A DNA stretch of 64,000 nt, taken from NCBI RefSeq assembly GCF_964355755.1, contig NC_092680.1, forward strand, positions 21,461,045 to 21,525,044, given 5' to 3'. This stretch comes from Antedon mediterranea. Its lineage: Eukaryota > Animalia > Echinodermata. Below, piece by piece: positions 1 through 13,407 of this stretch. A model generated the notes under the pieces. It made no database searches and was not told the origin of the DNA. It saw nothing but the letters and a program-made list of their open reading frames with translations. The translations under genes and the position numbers were made by a program. Position 1 is the first letter of the stretch. Each line of letters starts with the position of its first letter.

Positions 1-157
1 AGTCTGACAACATTCAATTATACAGTATTTAGCGCCAAGATAAGACGTACAATTTTGTCAGAAAAGGTTGTACGATGCTTAATATTCTGATCTTTTATAC
101 AATGTGATGATAAACAATTTAGACTGTATTTTTTAAATCAAAATCAAGTTCTCTTGT

Positions 158-270
158 TTGGTTCCCACTAGGGCAATCACGACGCGAGATATAATTATTA
201 TTAACTGTCGCTTGTCATGGTAAACGCGCTTGCGTTGCCCCTTACGTTGTTGCGTTGCGCACACGCTTAG
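158..270. mobile_element. MITE family A, decayed copy
   Basis: TTGGTTCCCACTAG...TCGCTTGTCATGGTAAACGCGCTTGCGTTGC matches 51966-52144. Confidence 0.6.
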
Positions 271-1168
271 TTAACGCGTTCTGGCGGCATCAGACGAAAC
301 TTGGTTCGTGTCTAATGATTGATATTGTCTGTTACTAATGAATATGATACTTCAGGGCCAATTATACGTATTGTTTTAATTCCGGATATAATTCGAATTG
401 TGGGATTTAATATAGTTCCATAAGCTAGTTAGGCCTACATTGTCATAGCAACGAAAATAGCCAGACGTTAACATAAAATTAAATTATGAAATAAAAGTTA
501 AATTAAATAATCAAAATAGCTCTTATGACACATTATGGGCAGAGGTCTGACAGCTGAAACAAGCAAAAATGGACGAAAACCAGACCATCTTGTTAACATG
601 TATTAAATGCATTGAAATGATAAGAAAATCACATTTAAAATTACCGGAGCACAAATACAGACCCACAGTGATTAAGCAATTTTTTATTTACTTAGAATTT
701 GGCCGATTTGACGTTTTATAGATGATTGTTGATGTATTAGAAATGACAGAGTGAGGGAGAGGTAAAGTAATGCTTTCAAGTCACCATCCGTTATACTGAA
801 GGCAAACAGGAAACTTTAAGGAATATGTGTGTCACTTCTAAAGCCACAGTAAATTCCTGGAATAGACTAAGAGTAGAATTGAACCAAAGAACCTCTGAAA
901 ATGTGAGTACGCGGTTGAAGATATGTTAAAAGATATAACCATCAATCGCGTCGTGATTGGTCAAATTATTTGCGTTTATGCGCGTAAATCATTACGTTGC
1001 GTAGGAACAAATTTCAAGATACAGAATTAGGCCTAATATTATCGTCAACGCCACTTATCTACGTCAACTCTTCAGAATGCATTACGTCACAAAAACAATT
1101 ACTATAGTAGGCTAATTAGTAATTAGCCCTAGAAAATTATTATTGAACACGAAAAGTAAAATAAGTAT

Positions 1169-1323
1169 CAGGGCCGTAACCAGCATGAGGCAGTCTAAAA
1201 TGTTCAATTTTCATCACCCGATCCCAATTCCCCAGCACAGATTGTCATATTTTATATTAATAATTAGGCAAACAAATAAGGCATCTTTGTCTTGTCTGTT
1301 TTTAACCTGTCTCTACGGCCTTG
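1169..1323. mobile_element. Possible small hAT-like non-autonomous element
   Basis: CAGGGCCGTA...TACGGCCTTG (9/10 TIR) is flanked on both sides by AGTAT. Confidence 0.4.
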
Positions 1324-4300
1324 AGTATCCGTACACACTGTCAGCGTATGAACGTGCGCCAACAATGTGCTAAATGTTTTAAAATATATTATTTTTGTTT
1401 TAAATGAGGCTAATTTAAACGTTTAACCAAAAATTGCATTGAGATTCACCTATGATTCGTCGATTGTTTACTAAAACAACCAATTTAAAAATTAGCGGAT
1501 TCATAAAATCGCTGTATCATCTTCCTTCAGTCCCACATGTGAACAATTTTGTATATACATGTTCATGTATCTCAATTAAATTATAACGTCTAAGGACTTC
1601 CGAAGAGTAGGAAATACTCGAGTTTATTCATTCTAATATGCTAAAAACACCACAACAAAAATTAAGTAAAAGCTCCCGAAAGAGAAATTAATTTCCGAGA
1701 AGTTAGGAAAATCGAAGCGGTTGCTATTGATCAATGTGCCCTTACGAGGTCATTGAGAGACAGTGTTTAGACCACGCGAAAGTGTTTTTGCACGATCACC
1801 GCTTCCAGCAACATAGTGGGCATGAATAGGAAGACAATACATCCGAATATGTTACAAATGTTATTAATAACCACCAACAATATGTGTTCTAAGAACAGGC
1901 GACTACGAACCATCGATCGTGCGGTCATGACGAGAAAAGAGTGTCACGGATTCATTGCCGTTTATAGAACGCTATACTCATGTTTATATTGGAAAAGACA
2001 AGTATGTCCCCTTCCCTCACCTTGACCTCCCTCCCTGACACAATCAAAGTTTATATTTTAAAAAGTTGGAACATGCCCAATTAGGCTCACACATTATAAT
2101 AGCAAACACAAATGATGGCGTGAATGATATTAATGCTAGTATATCTTCAAGAATTTGTTTATATATTTATTTATTACGATATAAATGGGCCCTATATTCC
2201 TGGTGTGGTACAGTTATATCAACCTCTCACACTATACTGTACCGGTACTGTAGTATGTGTAATACATTTGACTTCGAAAAAAACATGAGTTGTTAAATTA
2301 GGTATAATTCTACAGCAGTTGTTATACCTGTTACGTTATTAAAAGTTTTAAATCCAATGTATTTCCTGATACCGTCATGCTTAGGGTTAATAGGAAATAT
2401 AGACTTGTCTGTATATTTATTGTGTTTTATGTTTAGTTCAATATTCGACGTTTTCGAATTTTTTTCCCCCTCAAGTGTTACACGTATGAAACGCCATATA
2501 TGCCAAAATAGTTATCTTTTTACTAATATTAAGTTAAAATTCAGTGTAAAGAACCTAGACTACAATCAATATGATGGTACATGACTACCATCCGTGTTCT
2601 GGTATCAGCTTCCGAAAGTTTAATGAATAATTAATTTTCAGTAAAAAGAATGACATCAAAACGTCAATCAATTTACGCTACATTTACGAGACAGATTGAG
2701 AACATAATTGACAGATGACGTCACACTGGTGTTGCATAATATGTCTGCAAAGATTCCTCTCCGTGTTAACAAATTAGATAACTCATTTGCATAAATTAAA
2801 GATAACTCATTTACATCATTTGTTACTACTATACACTACCTAGCTGCCACTGCAGAATTTCAGATTTTTAGACATAAACTTTACTTACTTAAGTTAGTTT
2901 CGAATTACATAATGACATTAAAGTACATGTATTAATATTAAAAGGTCATCTAAGTTCGACATTTAAAATCCACAGCCTGTCAATCAGACGTCATGAAATG
3001 CCCCATTGGCCAATTAAACACAAACAAAATAACATCAAATGTAAACAAACCCGCCACAGACGATCCTTATTGGCCTCAATCCCATCTATCTTTTCTTCAA
3101 CTTTCTTTTTATTTCTAAATGATCTTTTTAATTTGAAATATTTGTAAATCATTCCTATTTTTTATGTTACAAAATTAAATCTGTACAACTTCATATGACA
3201 TTGTTTTCTTTCAGTTTCTCTTTCTTCGTTTAAATGTAGCAATGATATTTTTTTAGTAAACTTATCTGTAATGTAATGTCATGTCATGTAAGCTTTGCTG
3301 GGATAAAATTTATCAAAAAACTGTAACGTGCACAAACATCATGCAAGTAATGTGATGGCACGCTGTGGAACGCTTTGATTCATACGTTTTGCGCTTTTAA
3401 TACATACATGGTATATAATGTCATGCTTCAAATCTACAGACAAGGTATAAACGTGATACGTGTATTCACAGGCCATTGTAGTGAGTATGGCACGCCATAA
3501 GTGAGATTATGGAAAGGTATAATTCATACGCATGATACAACATGCACAACCACATGTAATGAAACTACATTGAAAGGGAGGCATGTGTAGATAATGTAAA
3601 AATAAATAATGTTTATGTTTATCGCATGTTTAATGAGATATTGACGAGTCATCGATAAACGAGGTTAGGCAAAAGAGACTAGATAATTAACGAGGGTATA
3701 TTTATAGTAAAATCTTTACAAGATTTTTTTGTATTCAGACTTTGAGTTTGTTCTAATTATAAAATCAAGAATTGAAATATATCTGTAATCATTTAAAATT
3801 AATTTTTTTTTCGGTGAAAGTGAACAACTTTATTATAACTACAAAATGGTCTATTAAAAATTTGATTTATTGAGCTTCATTTTCATGTTTTGGGAGACAA
3901 TACAACTTTAAAATTTAGTCATAAACATGGTTATAAAGTCCACAACACGATTCTTTAAAAAATGTTAGGCCTATTAAATGGTTATCTAATAAACGCTTCA
4001 GTAATATCAATTGGCCGAGTCATCATTGGGTAAAATAAACAGTGCAATGGCCAACAAATCACCTCTTTCTAAGAGATCTATAATTCAATACTTCTGTTTT
4101 AACTAAACCTCTTTCCCTACTTTGGATTATTCATTTCCCTCAAGCATGTGAATATATCAGCACACTCTCTCAGCTCGAAACCTCAACGATGGACTTTCTC
4201 TTTGCAATCCAGTTTGACGTCTTCGTACCTGGGCTGGATTAGCGTGTATCTATCAAAAATCAAATTGGAACGATCATGATGATGTCACAGGTCACATGAC

Positions 4301-7300
4301 TCAATATTTAAGTGTAAATAAAATGTATCATTTTGATCATGATTTGTCCAGTAACAGTGACATATTGTTTGCTTCTGCTGCACTGAAACGAAGATATACG
4401 TCTCACTTCGTAATATAATATGTCATAGTTTTAAAAATGTATAGGCCTAATATCACCGTAAATATTTGGGCAACCATTTAGTTACGACGATGTCGATGAT
4501 TCACAGACGGAATATCACACTTTTAAATCATAGGCCCAGCCCTGATACAAAAAGACCGAGACTCATTTATGCAAATCATAAAGAGAGAATTCGTGACCTA
4601 AATTTGTGAATGGATTGTCAGGTTATACTTTATCAATTTTTTTTTAAATTTCGTTATCATAAACGCGTCTTCATCGCCCATAAATGCGTCATAATCACGT
4701 CCGTAAGTTATATTTAATGGAAGGTGGTTGCTATGCCACACATCGTAATTAATTAAGCAAATTAGTTACCGTAATTCATATCACACGTGTGTCATTAATT
4801 CACGATAAACCCCCCGTGGGACGCGCGCACACAAGTCGGCGGTTTTAGCCCGTCTATGCTAGTATCATTGTTCTATTTCCCCGGGGTATAACACGATCAC
4901 TAGGCCTACTCAAATGGTTTAATGCCATGATTTCTAATGTTAAACATTTTGATACATAGTAATTCTTTCATCATGATGGGTACTAAAAGGCATTGAGAGA
5001 GTCGTGCTACGGAGACTGATGTTTTTAGAAGGTTGAATGGAACATGATTGATTGCGCCGATTAAACTAAGACCGCTTATAGCTATCTTTGCTATTGTATT
5101 CGTTAAGTGAATATTATTGAATATTATTGAGGATTAAAGATGAGGGATAAACCGGTCCCTACGGGAATTTACCCTTCGACGTGAACTTACAAAACTAGGT
5201 CTCAATGCGCCATGATTATAATAAAATAATGGACAGGTCTACATTTACTTGTAAAATGTACAGTATTTGTATCGTAAAGTGACAGGCTATCCTAAGCCTA
5301 CTAAATCATAACAAAATAAGCCTCCCAGTTGATGTCGTATCAAAGAAAAGTACCTATAGGTGGATTAGAAAAAAAACATTGAAAGAGGGAACTTGTCGAT
5401 ACGAAAACAATTTGAATTTATAAAAAACAAATTTCTATTTATCTATTTGTCCATTAAAATTGTTGTCAACGATTCCCGATTTTTATTTTGATTTTGCAGT
5501 TTAAGATCCAGTGAGTGTTCTTATAAAACCAGCAAAATTTTCAGAATTGTTAACAAACATGTTTTTTTTTTTGGCGATGATTAAACACATCCTGAAGTTA
5601 GTGATCGATTTAGTAATGCCACTCTGTATTTAGTCATACGGGGAGATCAATGATTGATGCCGTCCCGCAGACGATCAGAAGAAACGCGGGAAATGCGAGG
5701 TGGCTGATCGGTTGGAAGTTACCAAACAGGTGCTGTCGGTTTTGCCACATTAGAACGAGTATGGCACGTCAGGACGGACAAAAACGGATATGCTTCAACT
5801 GTAAATGTGTAACATGTGCACTTTGCTGAATTAATAAAACACATTTGTATTTAGCTTTATGAAAATCGACATAATTATTTAATACGTAAGATAGATATAA
5901 CATCACTCTCGGTACGTGTTTACACAGTTTCTGAATTGGTTCGACAAATCAATGATAGGCTACAGAACGCGATATTAAAGACGCGATGTTGCAAATACGT
6001 GTCGCACTGCTACTAACCAATCGCAGTGTGTAGTATCTGCTGTCGCTCTTTCTAATAACAGTCCCTCAAACTTTGTAATAAATTGAGCTGTCTACATTGT
6101 CAACTTTGTGTTGTTTCATGTTTTCACAGATTATTCAAGAGAATTAACATTAACGAACAGAATGTGTATAGGCGTACCCAATGCCTTGACACGCATTTAA
6201 AACGAAGACAAATATAAATAGGCCTACATTGCGCGCAAGCTCTACAAATATAGACAACAACTTTACTATTTACAGTTTTTCCTAAATATTTTCTTGCTTT
6301 TCAACAACAATTCAAATCAAATTAGGCCTAAATAGCATTAGTTTGCTATTTTATTGAACATGTTATTAGCCTAAATATATTTCATTATCATTTCCTTTAT
6401 CGGTTATGTCGACGTGATTTAAGTTCAAGAACAGTAAATTAGAAAAATGAAAACATATGTGGAAATCAGTATGATTGAAAATAGTACGAATTGTCTTTAA
6501 CTGTACCCCATCGATGAATATGAAAAATCACGGTTGTCGTCGAAAGCACAACAACACTGTTATACGATGCAAACAGAAAACCTTTGATTTATGTAAGCTG
6601 TTTGAAATAACGTTACACATCACTAGACACACGAGGGACTGTGTAATCATCAACACGTGTATTCTACTCCTTGCCGCTTCCCTAGATTCCAAATTTCCAG
6701 TCGTGTTCTGTTCAAGATAATTTCTACAAATGTCTTTAGATTTATAAACCGAAATACTTCCTCATATGATAACTTTCTTCCTAATTTTTGTTTTTTTGCT
6801 GATAATGTGAAAAGAAGAAAAAGAAGAAAAAAAGTATGCGTTCTAAAAGTATCACAGCATTCGTACATTTAAGTCTGCGTTTAATATAAATTTAAGGGGA
6901 AACATTGAGGGGAAATGCTTCACATTGCTGCAGTATTCCCGAGGCGAACCAATCTGATGTACTTGCACATAATCGGTCTGGAGAGGTGAGTTTTATACGC
7001 GTATGTCTGTCGGTTTCAATTGCTTCTAGCCTTGTCTGTTTAATTTCTGGCAATGCATTCAAAGCCTCTAGAGATCGGCGAGTCAGTATAGAGTATGGCT
7101 TGGTTCATGGGCGATTCACTACTCATAATTGAGACATTAAACACATCATTAAGGAAAACATCATCAATAGAACATTCCCACGAGACAAACCACAGTTTTG
7201 AATAGTACGCCAGAAAAACTATCAACAAACTTATCATCATGACGTCAGGAATACGCGTGCGTACAATAGCCATGTACACCGTAGCCAACCAAAACGTGAT

Positions 7301-8050
7301 TAGTTCTGACGTCATATATGTTAAGAAGCTAAACTAAATTAGATGGCCTTGATAACACTAATACAAATTTAGTGTAGTAAAAAATTGACATCCTTTTGAT
7401 TTTGAAAACGCATAAATAAGTGCTCGTAATTATTACGAATTTAAAATAAATCGTCGTAAATTGTTGGTTAATGGGGCAAGTTAAGGTTAGGAATTGGAAG
7501 GCAAAAGCATGAAAATAAGTCACACCGTCACATATACAAGTTGATGGATTGACCCCATAGTGCTATAATTCCTGCAACCTGGTTTTGTGAACATTGGTAC
7601 ATGTTAATAGGAAATATAAGGTTTGCCGCAAAATAACACACGTTTACATGGCAGTTGTATTTGAAACTGAAAAACAAGAAAGAAACTGAAATTGTTTTAA
7701 AAAAAATAAAGATATATGCTGACGTTTGTTTTCGTTATATGTGAAGTATTGATTTCTCTACTTTCGATTTATTGTTTTTATTTTAGGACAATCTATAAAA
7801 ATAATCTGGGATTATATCAATTATATCCATAGAATTACAGACGTATTCCCCTTGGATTCAGATTTATGAAAGCTGACCATTTACTATAGCATACGACTGT
7901 ACTATAATATAAAGCAAATATTTAGACCTTAGTTGGGGCGGCGTGTTCTCATACTTTTAGAAAAAAAAACTCTACGTACGGCTACCTTTGTGGCGGAGCG
8001 CAGCTTTACTTGCGCACAATTATGGTGCACGCAGTATGTCTGCAGTATAA

Positions 8051-8084
8051 AGCTCTGTCTACACTATCAAACTAGTTTGACAAA
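8051..8084. mobile_element. MITE family B solo end
   Basis: TAA followed by AGCTCTGTCTACACTATCAAACTAGTTTGACAAA. Confidence 0.6.
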
Positions 8085-9855
8085 CGTAAGTTTCCATCTT
8101 GTGATAAATATATATTCATTCCTATTGAATGTTATAATATACTACCGGTACCGTACGGGTACCGGGTCAATTCTGTGGTAGCTCGGTCTACCAAAAACCA
8201 TACCGTTAATCCCAAATAGTCCTGATCATGTATGTATATGTTCCTTATATCTTTCAAATTCTTGAGCTGTTATTTTATTATTTATATCAAAAGGTGGGCA
8301 TATCAGACACAACACTAACTTGTAACATTTGGTCGTCATTAATGTTTTAAAAAAAATTAAAAGCCCCACCCCAGCGTTTAGAAAACCAAGTCCCACATGT
8401 ATGTTTTGGCGCGTTTCGTTAGCAGACGAAATATGACTTCACACGATCGAGGGCGCACATTAAGCCCCTTGCGAGGCCTGTAGTCTCCAATCTGGCGACA
8501 ACACCTGCCTGCGAGGTGTTGTGTCTTTGATAACTGTACAATTTTAGCCTGTAATTGTTACAATTGCAAAGCAAATTGTGGGTTCACGTGAGTCGTCCTA
8601 CTTTAAGGACAGGTACGCTAGTACCGAGACAGTCAATGACTTGCCCTTTTCTCATCTAAACATATACCTGTTTAAAAATACTCATTTTGTCACGTTCATT
8701 GTGCCCGTATTTCCATATCTAAGTCACAAATGTATCGATTTTTAAGCAAAATCATCGTGTTACCAATGGTTAACGTCCCGAGACATGTCGAAGGTCGACA
8801 ATGGGGACAGTGGAAACGCGTGCAGGACAAACTAAACGTCCTCCTAGGACGACGCGTCGTATGGACGGTAACGCACGCACATAATAAGACGTACGTATCG
8901 TAGCATTTCTGCACGGTTTCTAAGTAAGATGACAAATATAGACCTTCAATTTAATAAACAAAATGTGGTCTGTTGAAATATTTGTTAAGTGACTCATTCG
9001 TGCATTTAAATTTGAAAAACACAAACGAACATCTTGTATATAATTCAGTATTAAAATGCAAATCCCGTATTCTATCAACAAGGGTAACACGAACGAATAG
9101 TGTTGATAATTAGTATTAACTGCGAGGATAACTTGGGAAGTGTCAGCTGAGCTCTAATGCTAGACGATCGCTCTAGAGGACGACGAACCATGGCGCATCC
9201 CCAGAGTGCTTGTGTAATTAGTCTATTACTTTAGGGAATCCTAACAGAAATAATCACAATTCTATTACAATACTGCGTCGTAAGAATTGCTCATTCTGAT
9301 ACAAAACTAGATTTTTGTTTTTCATTTGTGGGAAAAAACGAAGCAAGCAAGCGATAGTGAAAGACATGAATTATTCGTTGCTTTAAAGGCTGAGTCACGA
9401 AAAATATGAAACAAGTCAGAGATTGATAATTGAAACCGTGTGAATTGGCGGTGGGTGCAAGATTGGCAAATATCAATGTAGCGATCATTTAGTTATTATT
9501 ACTTGCAGTCCCCCCTTATTCATGGGCTTATAGGATTGACCTGTGGGTTTAGCTTTGAGTGACGTGAAGGATTACAGTTAAATATATTATGCTATATTGA
9601 ATATATAACCTGTAAATGTCAACAAGACGTGTTACATAATTATATAGTAAAAATTATGTATTATAACTAAAATGTATACTTACAGTGTATTGAGTATATT
9701 ATCATTTCTTGTACAGATGCGCGCGCGCGTCTCCAGAACTTTGTGATACGCGATGGAATGTCCCGTATATATAGGCTAAAGGCAATTGTATTTATTTTCG
9801 GCAATTCTTATGCCTATCTCTGATACTACAAACAAATCTGTAAAATATGAAATAT

Positions 9856-10517
9856 GATACAAATGATATTGTTTACAATGCTAAGAAATCATCTTGTATG
9901 ATAATATGTCCTAAGTCACGGAGGATTCAATTGAAACCTATTATTACCATTAATGGCAAAAGCTTAGAATATGTGGACTCAACCACATATCTTGATCATG
10001 TTATATCCTTGGATTTATGTGATGAGTTTGATATAAAGCGGCAATACAGATCTTTGTGTATCCGAGCCAACTCCTTGGTCAGAAAATTTAGTATGTGTTC
10101 TATCAATGTAAAATGTGTTTTATTTAGAACATATTGTGTAAATATGTATTGTGCTACATTATGGTGCAACTATAATCAAGGTACCTTGCGATCTCTCCAG
10201 GTATGCTACAATAATGGGTTAAGAATGTTGTTGCAAAGGCCTCGACATTGCAGTGCCAGCCTCATGTTTACGGAATGTAGAATTCCCTCTTTTTATAAAT
10301 TGTTAAGAATATCAATATATGGCCTGATGTGTAGACTAAATGCAAGCAAAAATATTTTAATGTCAACGATTATAAGCAATGTCTTAGTTAAGTCGAAGAT
10401 GCTCTCCAGGTGGAATGCCATCCTGAGATGAGTAGTAGTAATTTTGTTTATTTTATTTATTTCATTTATATTTACTTTCTATGGACCAGAGTTTCCGAAA
10501 TAAAAGATTGAATGAAT
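9856..10517 (+). mobile_element. 5'-truncated non-LTR retrotransposon (LINE): ORF2 C-terminus, 3' UTR and (GAAT)n tail; clade not firmly assigned
   Basis: ORF 9847-10431 has post-RT motifs (NAKKS.CM, I.ING..LEYV...YL.H.I...L.D..DI.RQ, LFRTYC..MY...LW, YNN..R.L...PR..SAS.MF). It ends in AATAAAAGATTGAATGAAT, and a near-identical copy lies at 53381-53729. Confidence 0.85.
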
Positions 10518-12072
10518 AGGATAATGGTGTTTTACTCAAGGGATTGTATTGAATCTAAAAAAAAACTAAATGTAGGCCTAAACATAATTTATTAATTGTA
10601 GCTACTGAATTCTAGTGAAATATTAACGTGATTTGTAACGAATTAGTTACAAATCAGACTGCGATACTTAGAAGGAGCCCTGCACGTCGATTACGTGGGA
10701 ATATGTAATCGTTTGATTATACTTGATATTATAACCTGGCGGTTAGCGACCATCTAAACAATCCCACCAGGGGACTTATACAGTTCCTGAGAAAATGTAA
10801 CCCGGCAATTTATAATAATAATAAAATAAATTAGTAAAGTATACTTTTATAGAAACTAAAAGGAAATCTTTTAATCTGTTCCTGAGTAATTATTTAAGAA
10901 AACAGGTTTTCTATAAACTTAACAAATAAAATAGCTGGGTATTTGTTATTTATCTTCCAGTTGATAAAGTATATAGTTACAATTAGCAGGCTTGGGTTGG
11001 CTTAGTCGTGGGAAGGCGGCCTAAAGCTCCTACCTCTTGAAAGGGTTTAATCGGGGCTAACTCTCCTCGATTGTTAATGGTATTCAATCGGAGAATAACT
11101 TTAATTTAATTGAACACGAACAATACTTTTGTAGAGAAATTAGCCCTAATTACCTTCAGCTTAGAAAACATATCACCCCCGAATTCGGGTCACTTTGGCT
11201 GTAATTGTCACATTTTATTTTGTTATTTTATGTTTCTTTTTGAGAGGTTTTAAAAATAATATGCCCACAGTAACTTTTGTATCTAATCTCGTGTTTGTAA
11301 AACCACCCCTTAGGCAAATGGTACTATGCTTTCAAAAAGTACAAATAAAAAGTATTCGCAATACTGTTTCTATAACAAACTAAATTGGAATTATTTCAGC
11401 TATTATATAACTTGTTGGATACAGTTCACACTATGTTAGATACGCCTAACACATTATAAAACATCAACAAATAAAGTGGCACAAACTATTATAGAAATCA
11501 TTCATAAATGAGTCCAAATTCGCTGACTAATTTACCAAACCATAACACAATTTTAAAATATCCTTCTAAACACCTTGGAAATCCGTAAATTTAAAAAGAA
11601 AATCTTAATAGCATTTGTCATGAAGTTTTCAATCGGATGTGTCAGTAGTTTCATTATACGGTTACAACATTATTAAGGACTCCTTGTTAACAATACTGAC
11701 ATAAAAACACACTTTTATTGAAAACATCCGATTGTAGTACTTCCAGTAAACTACACCACTTAACTGCATGATTAAAGATGACGGATTGAATCTTGTTTCG
11801 ACACGATTCTAAGAATACACGCAAGACTTGCTTAATATTCTTCTTAATTTAACAAATAAAATCTGCAGGTCATGGTGTTGGGTGCTGAGACAAGTAATTA
11901 GAAGTGGTTCAGACGGTAAAAATAATTGTTAGAATGTCCTTTTAAAGGGATGACCCGTTTCCAATGGTCAAAGCTGCATGTCCAATGGTCTGGTGAATCA
12001 GAGTGGTGGTAAAAACCTCATTCACCGTATTTTGTAGAAACCTGCGTGTTTGTAGGGGTGGTTGGAGGGACA

Positions 12073-12253
12073 AACATGTGTCGTTATAAGCGTACGTGAA
12101 TATGGGATATACCGTTTAACATGTGTCGTTATAAGCGTACGTGAATATGGGATATACCGTTTAACATGTGTCGTTATACGCGTACGTGAATATGGGATAT
12201 ACCGTTTAACATGTGTCGTTATAAGCGTACGTGAATATGGGATATACCGTTTA
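12073..12253. repeat. 45-bp minisatellite x4
   Basis: Unit AACATGTGTCGTTATAAGCGTACGTGAATATGGGATATACCGTTT. Confidence 0.95.
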
Positions 12254-12810
12254 CACTGTATATGAATATTTTTGTTAGCGCCTACCGTATGTTACTTATG
12301 ATCATTAAGGTCTAAGATGGAAATCGCCCAGATGAAGGCCAGCAGAGGTGGCTCCACCTATAACGAGATATGCAAGTAAAATAAGATGGCGCAAGATATA
12401 AGATACTTATAAGATAATTAGTGACTCACATGAAGTAAAAATTGCTTGTTTTTAACAGAGAAGTTCGTATATCACTTTATTGTAGCCGCCTCAACGCTTT
12501 CTCTAAATTTCCGTTTTTTCATTCATACCCATGAAAAGCATAGCCTATAGTGGGGTGATTGTACTGTTTTTTAGTCTATTTTTTTAAATTTTAATAACGC
12601 CTATACATTTGTATGGGTATAAGATATTAGTAGGTTCAACTAGTCTTTTATTTAAACCACAACAAAGTAATTGAGAAAACAAAGTGATGTGGGCCTAATT
12701 GTTCTAAATCAGTGTAGGCCTATATGTGCTACAATCAATCATGAAACTGTTTTGATCATTGAATACCACTCGAGTTAGCAAGAAACCATGGTAACTACAT
12801 AGTTACACTA

Positions 12811-12915
12811 TGAACGTCTATGCATAGCAACAGATTGTTCACATTGAACGTCTATGCATAGCAACAGATTGTTCACATTGAACGTCTATGCATAGCAACA
12901 GATTGTTCACATTGA
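12811..12915. repeat. 34-bp minisatellite x3
   Basis: Unit TGAACGTCTATGCATAGCAACAGATTGTTCACAT, identical copies. Confidence 0.95.
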
Positions 12916-13329
12916 GGTGGTGTACTGTTAAAGGGATTAAAGGGATTAGTAATTATTACTCATGCATTTATCTGTTTCATTTATTGCTTAATCCAGCCTA
13001 ACTATAATATTATAGCTTAATCCAGAACCTATACGTATTAGTCAAGTGCATGATTCTACAAGGTTTCATACAGGCACGTACAACAGTAACATTATGCGTC
13101 ACATATTGATATTGTCTGACTAATTACTGACTAGACTGACAGACAGACTGACGTGTTAGTGACTTATTGTTTACGTGTACTAAACTAATACGATGCCGTA
13201 ATGAAGAAGATCTGGATCAAGGCATGAGACTTTACTTGCTTAATTAAAGCCGTTCCGCCGAATAGTCTTCTGACTTTTCCGTCTCGGTCGCTCTGCTAGT
13301 TCTTTTCCTGTAGGTCCATGCAGTTCTCC

Positions 13330-13407
13330 AAGTGTCCATTTAATAGGTGTCCATTTAATAGAGGTGTCCCCTGAATAGGTGTGTTCAAATGAGGGGTTCT
13401 ATCTATA
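13330..13407. mobile_element. Possible pogo/Tigger-type MITE end
   Basis: Iterated GTGTCC...AATAG(AG)GTGT units end in GGGGTTCTATCTATA. Confidence 0.3.

Noticed and set aside
12062-12265. Repetitive ORFs in minisatellites (also 16149-16413, 43954-44880, 47926-48147)
   Set aside because: The open frames result from stop-free repeat units and have no coding signature.
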